From a virus (lineage: Duplodnaviria > Caudoviricetes): 64,000 nucleotides of DNA. The stretch's first letter is position 1, and every line of letters starts with the position of its first letter. The notes below the pieces were generated by a model. It had not been told where the DNA came from and made no database searches. It saw nothing but the letters and a program-made list of their open reading frames with translations. The stretch is taken from positions 1,629-65,628 of the IMG/VR virus record IMGVR_UViG_3300046028_009474; one strand, 5' to 3'. The position numbers were made by a program, and so were the translations under genes. Shown in pieces: positions 1 to 10,200 of the stretch.

Positions 1-1
1 T

Positions 2-3000
2 GGAACTGAAATGAATGGCGTTAAAATATTTGCTACGTCAGCAGGAGGAGCAGTTGGAATCAATACCACAACAACAAACTCCACACTAACTGCCAAATCT
101 CTATATAATGGAGCTACAATTCTCTCCCTATTAGATCACGCAGATGTTGAAAAATTTACTGTATTAAATAATGGTAACCTTGGAATTGGAACTGGAACCC
201 CTTCAACTAAATTAGAAATACTTACATCTGCTGCCGCTGACGGAATTAAATTAACAAGAGCTGATGGAGAAAGAGCAGCTTGGTTAGTTGATGATGCAAA
301 TGGTATTGGGGCTTTATATTTATTTAATGGAGGTAATAGTAATAGTGTTTATTTGGCGGGTAATGGTAGTAGCTTTATAAACGGCGGTAATCTCACTATG
401 AATGGAGGAAACTTCGGCATAGGTACTGGAACTCCAGTTTCTAAATTAACTATTAGAGGATCATCCACATCAGAGCAAATTGGTACAGTTTATGATTCTA
501 CTAACACTGAAAGATTAGCTTTTTCATATAATGCTAATGGAACGACTGTAAGTAGTTATGGAGGAGTAGGAACAAGCCAATTAATATTAAGAAGCAATAA
601 TAATTCAGATACAACTGTAGCGGCCCATAATGGAAGCATAAATATTAATCCAGGTCCATATGATGGAATTAATAGTTTTGCATTTAATGCGGGAGCAATA
701 AGTTCATACGTTACAAATGTAGCACTTGCTAAAACTCAAGCTTCACAAATCACAACTTCGTTACACGATAACTCTGGTAACTATGGTCAAATTTATTTAC
801 AGCCATATATAAATGGAACTGCTCAAGTGGGTTTGATGGTCAAAGCAGTAACTGGTGGAGCTAATGTTGGAATCAATACTATTAATCCTACTGCAAAATT
901 AGAAGTAATTGGAAACACTAGAATATCTGGAAATTTATCTTTCCCAAACACAGGATCAGCTCAGATTGCTAGTACTGGTAGTTTAAACATAAATGTTGGT
1001 GGGTCTGGAAGAATAAATATTACTAGCGCTGGGCTTGTTAGTGTAATGCCAAACCAAACACCAGTACAAGGTGCAGGTTTTAGATTATATGATAATAATG
1101 CTGGCAGCTATCACGAGATTCATCAACAATATGGAGATTTTGCTTTTAATACAACAGCTGGTAATACGAGATATACCTTCTATGCTAATGGAAATAGTCT
1201 AGCTCACTTTTCTAGCACGAATAGCTATTTTATTGCACCAGGAAATTTTGGCATCGGCACATCTACCCCTACTGCTAAGCTCGACATAGTAGATGCAACA
1301 TTAGCAGGTTCTGCTAGTTTATCAGGATCAGCTTTAAACATTGCCCAAACTTGGAATACGTCGGGAACTCCTACTGCCATCAAGTTAAATATTACTGACA
1401 CCCTCTCTAATGCTTCCAGTAATTTAATGGATTTGCAAACTAGTGGCATTAGTCAGTTTAGAGTGAATAAGAGTGGGAGTTTTATTAAAGACTCTTTAGA
1501 AATAAATACTTCGGCTCCTGGAGTTGGTGGAGTCAAGCCTGTTTTAACTCTGTATAGAAATGGCAGCGGTGGTGATGGATCATCTATTTTATGGAAGAGA
1601 GATGGAGGTCAAGAACTTGGAGACTTGAGACTTTTGGGATCAGCTACTCTTCCAACTTTGGCTATAAATTTAAGAAATAACTATCTAGCTCAAACTGATG
1701 TAGCGAGTTTTAATCTAGTTGGATCTAATAGAAGTTCTATTTTATTTGGTACTCCAAATGGAGTGAGCAGTTCTACATTAAGCATTTTTAATAGTAGTGC
1801 CGCTCAAAATACTACGGGAATCATTCTTGGCAACATGTCTACTAGTGCCAATTCTAATGTAGACATAAGATTTCATAACTATTTAGGTAATCCTCATGCA
1901 GCGATAAGAGGGTTGTATACTGCGGGGGGAGGAAATCAAATAGGGGGATTAGGATTTCTCACAGCAAACGGAGGATCTCTAGTTGAAGCTATGAGAATCA
2001 CTCCTACTAATAATGTTGGAGTGGGAACCACTGCTCCAACTGCGAATTTTGAAGTTGTGCAGCCTACCGTGGGAGTTGGCACCATTTCGATTGGAGATTA
2101 TGGAACTACAGTTACTGGAGTTAATACTCAATTTTTAAATACTTTTAAAGCTGGAGACACTATTACTGCATCTGGTCAAACTATAACAATCTCAGCAGTT
2201 TCTTCAAATACATTAATGACGACTAGCCTTGCGGTTTCAGGAGTATCTGGAGCAGCTTATTCATTGGTTGGTGGTTCAAGATTTAGAGTATATGGCAATG
2301 GCGACATGACGCTAGGTAGCACATCAGTTGTCGAGAGAACAGCTAATATTGATGGAGTAAATGCTAATAGATTACTTATTGCTGGGAATTTTGGTTTTGG
2401 TGGTGGTGGGTACGCTGTCAGATCATCTACTATAAATAGTAGCTCTAGATTGGTAGTTAGTTCTCCTAATAATTCATCAGCAACATCTGCTTATTTATTA
2501 GGTACTGATGGATTGCAGAGAGATAAAGGTTTAATATATGATAATAGTGGTGATTATATATCACTTGTCAATGGTTCTAATTCTAATAATGATTCTTATA
2601 CTAGAAGATTAACTATTTTAAATAATGGCAATGTTGGAATAGGCACTACAACCCCAACAGAAAAACTAGATATTATTGGCAATGCTAAAATATCAGCATC
2701 TCTCTCAACTAATACTCTTGGAGTTTCGGGGGCTAGCGTATTCAATTCATCCGCAGCGTTTACAGTGCGACCAACGGTTAATAGCTCTGGAGTTTTATTA
2801 GAGGGAGAGTTATCTACTGGAGCATTCTTAACGACTGGCGTTGCTGATACAAGATACGTAGCAACTGGCGCTACGGGATCGTTCTTAACAACTGGCGTTG
2901 GAGATGCGCGATACGCATTTAGCAGCGCTACGGGATCGTTCCTAACAGCGACTACTGCTAACGCACTTTACGTTGAACTCGCTGATCAGCCAGTTTATCA

Positions 3001-5320
3001 AACTGGCACTCAAACGATTTCGGGATTAAAAACGTTTGCTGACGTTTTGAATTTAACAACGCAAGCGACTGCCTCAAATCACGCTGTTCGTGCTGACCGC
3101 AACTTTTCAGCAGGAGCTGGGCTTCTTGGTGGCGGCGATTTAACTTCTAACAGAACATTCTCCGTTGACACATCAGCAGTGGTGACAACAGTGGGAACGC
3201 AAACGATTGCGGGAGTGAAAACATTTACCGAAAGACCTACAGTCAATAGCTCTGGCGTTTTATTAATAGGAGACTCTGCCACTGGCGCATTTTTAACAAC
3301 AGGCGCTGCTGATTTGAGATATGTAGCAACTGGCGCTACGGGATCGTTCTTAACGACTGGCGCTGCTAATTTACAATATGTTGAATTTGCTGATCTTCCA
3401 GTTTTCCAAACTGGTAATCAAACGATTTCGGGAGTCAAAACGTTTGCGACTGGTTTATTAGTTCAAGGAGACATACAAGCTACCTCTATTACTACGAGTT
3501 CTATTACTACAAATTCTGCTACAGCTTTAAGTTTGCAATATGCTGCGGCTGGACATGTTGCTATACATACCAATTTAAATATAGTTCCAGCAGGAGGTTC
3601 TATTTCAATAAATAACAACACATTCCTTACTAGCCGTGGAGCTGCTAATTTTAGACTAGGAGCAGCAGATGCTGCTGCACCAGTAGCACAAACACTTTCT
3701 GTTCAATCTGTAGCTGCTGGAATGACTAATACTGCTGGAGCAAACTTGACTGTGACTAGTTCTCAGGGAACAGGAACTGGAGTTGGTGGATCTATAATCT
3801 TCCAAGTAGCTCCAGCAGGAAGCTCTGGTACTAGTCAAAATGCTTTAATACCCAGAGTAATTTTCCCAGCAACAAGTGCTGGTGGAGTAGTTATAGCATT
3901 TAATGCTTTAGACTCTTCAAACGTAGCTTTACGATCAACAGGAACAACTCTAGATATTGTTAGAGCGGATGCGGGAGCTTTTGCAAATTTAACAGCTCAG
4001 AATATTACAGCCCAGGGAACTATAACTACTAATAATTTTGCTATTATTTCTAATGTTAATGTTGCTGCAACAACTGGAGAACAAATTGCATTCATTGCAA
4101 GCACTACAAGTAATGGCACTGCTGCTAATGGATTTGGCACACGCATCTCTTTGCGCACAGAATCTAGCACAACTGCTAATAGAGATTCTGGAGCTATTGC
4201 TGCTGTTTGGAGCGATGCTACAGACGCTACAAGAACATCAGACTTACTATTATATAATACACTTAGTGGTACATTAACAGAGTGTTTAAGGATTTTAGGT
4301 ACTAATGGTAATGTTGGCATTGGGACGGCAACTCCATCATATAAACTCACAGTAAATGGAGGAATATATATTTCCGCTGGAAATAGTCTAAATCTTGACA
4401 CAGCTTCAAGTGGTGTAAAAACAATAACTGCATCAGGAAATGATATAGTAATCGGTGGCGGCGCTCATATAATATCGGGTTATGGACTCTGGGCTAGAGG
4501 AACACGGTCAACAGGTATTGACGCTGTTGGTGCTGGAAGCGATTTACAATTAATTACTGCGGGCGCAGAGAAGGTGAGAGTTACAACAGCAGGCAATGTT
4601 GGCATTGGAACAACAACTCCATCTGAAAAATTAGAAGTTTCAGGCGGCAATGCTAAGATTAATGGAGTAGACTCGGTGAGTTTAACTCTTAATAAATCAA
4701 CTTCAACTAATAGCTCTTCTCTCTCATTTACAACATCAGGCTCTACTAATGCAACTATCCAACATGCTGCATCAGGCAATTTTATTATACAAGGCCCTAA
4801 TAGTTATACAACTCAAGTCGTTGCGGGAAATGGTGGAACATTATCATTGGGAACGGGCAGCAACGGCACAATCATATTTAGTATTAACAGTAGTGAGGCA
4901 ATAAGAATTTTAACAAACGGAAACGTTGGCATTGGAACGTCAACCCCAACAGAAAAACTAGAAATTGGCGGCAACGCTAAAGTCTCTGGTCACTTTTCTG
5001 CCGCAACCAAATCATTCTTAATTCCTCACCCCACTAAACCAACCAAACAACTTCAATACGCTTGTTTGGAAGGTCCAGAAAATGGCGTTTACATTCGCGG
5101 CAAGACTAATGAGTCTGTTATCATTCTCCCAGATTATTGGAAGGAGTTAGTAGACGAAGACTCTGTCACTGTCACAGTCACACCAATTGGTAAGTTTCAG
5201 CAGCTATTTGTTGCATCTCAGACTTCTGAGAGTGTAGAAATAGGTAATGTTGATGGTTTTTATAATTACGTAATTTATGGAGAGCGTAAAGATGTTGATA
5301 AACTACAAACAGAAATTTAA
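2..5320 (+). CDS. Giant tail fibre / receptor-binding protein, probably 5'-truncated by the window edge, with a C-terminal auto-chaperone-like domain
   Basis: The frame is open upstream of the ATG at 11. It carries many GNVGIGTxxP repeats and GxQTIxGxKTF fibre repeats and is G/S/T/N-rich. The C-terminal KSFLIPHP..LQYACLEGPENGVYIRG..LPDYW motif is typical of phage fibre C-termini. Confidence 0.8.
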   Translation, partial: GTEMNGVKIFATSAGGAVGINTTTTNSTLTAKSLYNGATILSLLDHADVEKFTVLNNGNLGIGTGTPSTKLEILTSAAADGIKLTRADGERAAWLVDDANGIGALYLFNGGNSNSVYLAGNGSSFINGGNLTMNGGNFGIGTGTPVSKLTIRGSSTSEQIGTVYDSTNTERLAFSYNANGTTVSSYGGVGTSQLILRSNNNSDTTVAAHNGSININPGPYDGINSFAFNAGAISSYVTNVALAKTQASQITTSLHDNSGNYGQIYLQPYINGTAQVGLMVKAVTGGANVGINTINPTAKLEVIGNTRISGNLSFPNTGSAQIASTGSLNINVGGSGRINITSAGLVSVMPNQTPVQGAGFRLYDNNAGSYHEIHQQYGDFAFNTTAGNTRYTFYANGNSLAHFSSTNSYFIAPGNFGIGTSTPTAKLDIVDATLAGSASLSGSALNIAQTWNTSGTPTAIKLNITDTLSNASSNLMDLQTSGISQFRVNKSGSFIKDSLEINTSAPGVGGVKPVLTLYRNGSGGDGSSILWKRDGGQELGDLRLLGSATLPTLAINLRNNYLAQTDVASFNLVGSNRSSILFGTPNGVSSSTLSIFNSSAAQNTTGIILGNMSTSANSNVDIRFHNYLGNPHAAIRGLYTAGGGNQIGGLGFLTANGGSLVEAMRITPTNNVGVGTTAPTANFEVVQPTVGVGTISIGDYGTTVTGVNTQFLNTFKAGDTITASGQTITISAVSSNTLMTTSLAVSGVSGAAYSLVGGSRFRVYGNGDMTLGSTSVVERTANIDGVNANRLLIAGNFGFGGGGYAVRSSTINSSSRLVVSSPNNSSATSAYLLGTDGLQRDKGLIYDNSGDYISLVNGSNSNNDSYTRRLTILNNGNVGIGTTTPTEKLDIIGNAKISASLSTNTLGVSGASVFNSSAAFTVRPTVNSSGVLLEGELSTGAFLTTGVADTRYVATGATGSFLTTGVGDARYAFSSATGSFLTATTANALYVELADQPVYQTGTQTISGLKTFADVLNLTTQATASNHAVRADRNFSAGAGLLGGGDLTSNRTFSVDTSAVVTTVGTQTIAGVKTFTERPTVNSSGVLLIGDSATGAFLTTGAADLRYVATGATGSFLTTGAANLQYVEFADLPVFQTGNQTISGVKTFATGLLVQGDIQATSITTSSITTNSATALSLQYAAAGHVAIHTNLNIVPAGGSISINNNTFLTSRGAANFRLGAADAAAPVAQTLSVQSVAAGMTNTAGANLTVTSSQGTGTGVGGSIIFQVAPAGSSGTSQNALIPRVIFPATSAGGVVIAFNALDSSNVALRSTGTTLDIVRADAGAFANLTAQNITAQGTITTNNFAIISNVNVAATTGEQIAFIASTTSNGTAANGFGTRISLRTESSTTANRDSGAIAAVWSDATDATRTSDLLLYNTLSGTLTECLRILGTNGNVGIGTATPSYKLTVNGGIYISAGNSLNLDTASSGVKTITASGNDIVIGGGAHIISGYGLWARGTRSTGIDAVGAGSDLQLITAGAEKVRVTTAGNVGIGTTTPSEKLEVSGGNAKINGVDSVSLTLNKSTSTNSSSLSFTTSGSTNATIQHAASGNFIIQGPNSYTTQVVAGNGGTLSLGTGSNGTIIFSINSSEAIRILTNGNVGIGTSTPTEKLEIGGNAKVSGHFSAATKSFLIPHPTKPTKQLQYACLEGPENGVYIRGKTNESVIILPDYWKELVDEDSVTVTVTPIGKFQQLFVASQTSESVEIGNVDGFYNYVIYGERKDVDKLQTEI
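2750..3450 (+). repeat. Internal duplication in the fibre gene (RPTVNSSGVLL / ATGATGSFLTTG / QTISGxKTF units)
   Basis: GTAGCAACTGGCGCTACGGGATCGTTCTTAAC occurs at about 2858 and 3323, and the flanking peptide motifs repeat in the same order. Confidence 0.85.
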
Positions 5321-5322
5321 AT

Positions 5323-5973
5323 ATGGCATGTAATTATCAAAGCAAAATTGTTACTAATGGACTGGTCTTGTGCTTGGACGCTGCGGATAAGAAGAGTTAT
5401 CCTGGAAGCGGCACTGTTTGGACGGATAGAAGTGGGAATGGTAATAATGGGACGCTTATAGGTGGACCGACTTACAATAGCGCTAATGGAGGATCTATTG
5501 TTGTTGACGGAATTGATGATTATATTTCATCATTAACTCTAAGCACGTTATCTATAACAGATATTACTATTCAAGTATGGGTGTACCCAACTAATATAGC
5601 AGGAAATTATGTAACTGTATTTGATACTACTAGTAGACATTTATCATTATGGATTGGAAATAATTTTTATGGCTTAGGAGGAGCTTCAGCGCCAAGTTAT
5701 GCACCATTTAATTGGCAAAATAATAATTGGGTTTGTATAACCATGGTAAAGTCTTCTACTACAGGACAAATTATTAAAAATAATTATGATGTTTTTGAGA
5801 ACATCTCAGCTGGATCTGCATTTACAAATCAACTACAGTTTGGATCAAATCCTTCTGGAGGTGGAAGCTCATTTACGGGTAGATACGGTAGTATTAAATT
5901 ATATAACAGAGCCTTAACCTCCCAAGAAATCAAACAAAACTTCAACGCCACAAGAGGAAGGTTCGGAATATGA
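5323..5973 (+). CDS. LamG/concanavalin A-like lectin-fold virion protein (paralog 1)
   Basis: IVTNGLVLCLDAADKKSYPG..W.DRSGNGNNG N-terminus, DGIDDY, and YNRALT..EI.QNF C-terminus. Confidence 0.85.
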   Translation: MACNYQSKIVTNGLVLCLDAADKKSYPGSGTVWTDRSGNGNNGTLIGGPTYNSANGGSIVVDGIDDYISSLTLSTLSITDITIQVWVYPTNIAGNYVTVFDTTSRHLSLWIGNNFYGLGGASAPSYAPFNWQNNNWVCITMVKSSTTGQIIKNNYDVFENISAGSAFTNQLQFGSNPSGGGSSFTGRYGSIKLYNRALTSQEIKQNFNATRGRFGI

Positions 5974-6611
5974 GCTTGAGTCACTCTCCTAAAATTGTAA
6001 CTAATGGGCTGGTCTTGTGTTTAGACGCCGCCGATAAGAAGAGTTATCCTGGAACTGGAACTACTTGGTTTGATAGAAGTGTAAATAAAAATCATGGCAC
6101 TCTAGTTAATGGAGTTGGATATGATAGTGGCAGTGGCGGATCTTTGACTTTTGATGGAATCGATGATTATGTACAATTTGGTACAATTACCACTCAAACT
6201 GTTTGTTTTTGGGGTAGAATGGCTGTAGGCATACCAAGTTTTGCAGCATTAGTAGCTAGTTCTGTTGCTGGCGATGGCGCTCTTAGAACATATCCTGCTG
6301 GAACTTTTTCTATACCTGGTAATAGCGAGGATTATCATTTTGGTTTTAATTCCTCTTTTATGATAAATGGAGTATCTAACTTACCTAATAATGGAAGCAA
6401 TGGTTTTGTTATTCCTAATGGCAGAACTTTATACCAAGATTTTTATGTTGGAGCAATAGGTCCAGCCAGAGGAATTTCGGCAATATCACATACCTTTGCT
6501 GGAAGACTTTTTAAAGGTAGAGTTTACGCTGTCAGTTTATATAATAGGCAGCTTACTCAAGCAGAACTTACACAAAACTTCAACGCCACAAGAGGGAGGT
6601 ACGGAATATGA
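5970..6611 (+). CDS. LamG/concanavalin A-like lectin-fold virion protein (paralog 2)
   Basis: Same terminal motifs (FDGIDDYV, YNRQLT..EL.QNF); ATGA overlap with paralog 1. Confidence 0.85.
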   Translation: MSLSHSPKIVTNGLVLCLDAADKKSYPGTGTTWFDRSVNKNHGTLVNGVGYDSGSGGSLTFDGIDDYVQFGTITTQTVCFWGRMAVGIPSFAALVASSVAGDGALRTYPAGTFSIPGNSEDYHFGFNSSFMINGVSNLPNNGSNGFVIPNGRTLYQDFYVGAIGPARGISAISHTFAGRLFKGRVYAVSLYNRQLTQAELTQNFNATRGRYGI

Positions 6612-7273
6612 GTTCTAGTGCTAGTCCTGATATTGTGACAAATGGTTTGGTATTGTGTTTAGACGCGGCGGATAGGAAAAGTTATCCTGGCAGCGGCACT
6701 GTTTGGAATGATCGAAGCAGTAATAACAATCATGGAACATTAATTAATGGCCCCACATTTAGTGGTATTAATGGTGGGTCTATTGTGTTTGATGGGAGTA
6801 ATGACTTTGTAAGTTCTAACTATATGCCACCGACGGGCACAAATCCTAGAACTGTTTCTATATGGTTTAATCCTGATATAATACAAAATAAAAATCTATT
6901 AGGATATGGAACCGCTGGTCCATTGCAGATGTGGGATATATTATTATATACTGGCTCTGTTCAAGTTCATTTATATGGATCAGATAATGTAGCAATTACT
7001 CCTTACCAAATTAATAAATGGCAAAATATTGTATTTACTTTTACGTATCCAACAATAACTGCGTACATGGATGGCATACTAAAAAATAGCTATACAAATT
7101 CAGCAATAAACACTGGAACTGGAAATTCTTTAAGCTTATCAAAGGGGGTTTATAGCCCATACTCTTATTTCGATGGATTGATGTCAAATGTTCAAATCTA
7201 TAATCGCGCTTTATCAGAAGCAGAAATTAAACAAAACTTTAAAAATACTAAATCCAAATTCAACATCCTTTAA
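6608..7273 (+). CDS. LamG/concanavalin A-like lectin-fold virion protein (paralog 3)
   Basis: Same terminal motifs (FDGSNDFV, WQNIVFT..YMDG, YNRALSEAEI); ATGA overlap with paralog 2. Confidence 0.85.
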   Translation: MSSSASPDIVTNGLVLCLDAADRKSYPGSGTVWNDRSSNNNHGTLINGPTFSGINGGSIVFDGSNDFVSSNYMPPTGTNPRTVSIWFNPDIIQNKNLLGYGTAGPLQMWDILLYTGSVQVHLYGSDNVAITPYQINKWQNIVFTFTYPTITAYMDGILKNSYTNSAINTGTGNSLSLSKGVYSPYSYFDGLMSNVQIYNRALSEAEIKQNFKNTKSKFNIL

Positions 7274-7291
7274 AACTAATAAACAATCAAC

Positions 7292-10200
7292 ATGGCCAAT
7301 ATATTAATCATCCCCGCATCAGGCGCTATTATTTTCGACTCGCAATCCGCAGGTTCGAGTGGAATTTCGTCTCTTACTGGCGCACCAAGATTGCTGTACG
7401 ACAATGCTGGAGGTTTAAACATCACTAGCTACACTACTGGATCGGGAACGCTTGATCGATTCACAGTGGATGGAGCTTATGGCAGACTATTTGGCGTTTC
7501 TGACAGCGTGACTGGCACGATATTTTCAGTGAATGATGCGGCAGGATTGCCAGTGATTGAAGTGGAGTCTAATCTCACAGATAAAATCACCATGGGAACT
7601 TATGGCACCAACACTCTGGTGGTGGACAACGTTAGTGTGGGAATTGGAACTGGAACGCCATCTGGCAAATTGCACATAGTAGATGCAACTTTGGCGGGAA
7701 CGGGATTTTTATCAGGATCAGCTTTAAATATCCAGCAAACTTGGAATACATCAGGTGCTCCTACAGCCATCAAGTTGAACGTATTTGATATAGCCTCTAC
7801 AGGAACTAGTAATTTAATGGATTTGCAAGTGAGTGGCACTAGTAAACTTACAGTAAGAAAAGATGGTCAAATTATTGGGTCCGCTGGATCAGCTCTATTA
7901 CCGACATATGGTTTTTTTGATGCAAATTGGGGAGCTGGTTTCGCGGGTTGGCATAAATTTGGTGATACGGTCGCTTGCTCTGCTGCGGGCGGAACTCAAA
8001 CCCCTTTTAGTATATCTCATGTAGCTATAAGAATTCAACATTCTATTCCTTTTGGGTGGACCAATGGTAATGCGGCATCTGCTCTTGATACCATCCTAAT
8101 TCGTGATGGTGCCGCCAATATTATAGCTCAGCGTAATGGATTAGCTCCTCAAGAATCACGCATTTACGGAACATATACTAACGCTACTAATTTTGAAAGA
8201 TTAAACTTAAAATACAACTCAACCGACTCCGCATTCCAAATAGGAACAGAAAAAGGCTTTTCAGGAACCGCTAGACCGCTTCAGTTACAAACTGACGGCG
8301 CAACGCGCATGACATTATCAACTGGAGGCAATGTCGGCATTGGAACAACGACTCCCGACACAAAATTATATGTCGTTGGTAAATTAGCAGTAAATAGCTC
8401 CAATCTAGGAGGCAAAGCTTTAGATGTTTATACTGCTGAAGCTGGATCGCCAGTAGTAATCCAAAGCAATGGATTGACAAATGGTGATGGTATTCTTCAA
8501 CTGGCTGGCGCAGCTTCTAGTGGAGTTGCGTATGCGCTTAGAGGAAGTGTTCAATCTAACGGAGCTGGCATTATAACTATACAACAAAACGGCGTTGGGG
8601 ATGCGGTGCTTGAAGCATTGTCAATAAGCGTGGGAGACTCTATGTCTCGCTATTTAATCAACGGTGGAGCATCATACTCTGTTGGAATTGATAACTCTGA
8701 TGGCGATAAGTTCAAGATTAGTAATAGTAGTGTCTTGGGTACAAATGATCGATTAGTAATTAACGATTCGGGTTATATCGGCATTGGAACAATAACTCCA
8801 TCTTCACTCCTAAACATTTACGGAGCAGGCCCAAAGATTACTCTCGAAGGAACAACAAACTCTAGTCCTGGAGTACTGTTTAAAAATTCCGCAGGAACTA
8901 TATCTTTGGGCACGAACTCTGTTCGAGACTTAACTGTAAATGATAATACAGCTGGTACAAGCAGACTTGTAATTAGATCAAATGGAGCTGTTGGAATTGG
9001 AGATTATTATGGTCCTTCAAACTATCCACAAAATAAACTATCAGTTAATGGCTCGGCTTCTATTGGTTATGCAACAAGTGCGGATGTTGCTGCCCCATCA
9101 AATAGTTTAATTGTGAATGGTAGCGTAGGAATTGGAACTGGAGCTCCAGATTATAAATTAGATGTAAATGGAACGACTAGACTAGGAGGAAATGTAATCG
9201 TCAATGCTGATAGTTTAACTATGGCATCAAGTGGTTGGGGGCAATCCTTTGGCCTTAATTATGGAGGCCCCGTCACTCACCGTTTATCAACTAATTATGA
9301 TCTTGAACTTATTGGTGGAGTTGGAGCTGGAAGATATGTTGCTATTAAAAATGGAACTGCAAGTATTGCCACATTTACAGAGGGAAAGGTTGGCATTGGA
9401 ACAGGAAGTCCTTCTGGAAAATTAGATATTCTAGACACTACTTTAGCTGGTCCTGGTTTATCAGGATCTGTTTTAAATTTAAATCAAACATGGAATACTA
9501 CTGGAATTCCAACTGCAATAAAGCTGAACGTGACTGATACAGCCTCTAATGCTGCAAGCAATTTAATGGATTTGCAAGTTACTGGAGTTAGTAAACTTAA
9601 AGTAGATAAGAATGGAAGCGTAATTATTAGCAGTACTGTAAATGGTACTACATATATAGGCGTTGGTAGCCCAACACATGGAGCATTATATAATAGAAAA
9701 CTCAGTTTAGATGATGGTGTGTTTGTAACTGCTGCTGGGGATACTTTTGGAAGTAACGGCTGGGGATTTAATAGTGCAAATGGGTATAGTTTTAAAATCT
9801 CAACTAATACCCCACTAAGAATACTTCCTGCGGGTATCATTTTAAGCGCTCCCGTAGAACATAGGAGTGGACTTTCTCCACAAACATATAGAATCTATAA
9901 CACATACACAAGCGACACCAACTTTGAACGATTAAACTTCAGATGGGACTCTCTTGTTGCTAAAATAGGCACTAGTCAAGGAAGCGTTAGTGGACTTGCG
10001 CGAGATTTAGTATTAGAAACAAGTGGTACTGAAAGAGTGAGAATCACTGCTTCAGGATTGTTTAGCGCTGATGGCGTTTCATTTGGCAAAGGCGGATCTG
10101 GCATAGCCAGTAATTTAGCAATTGGTCAGAGCAGTTTAGTTAAAAATATATCTGGAAATAATAATCTAGCAATCGGACAAAATACTTTATCCGAAAATAC

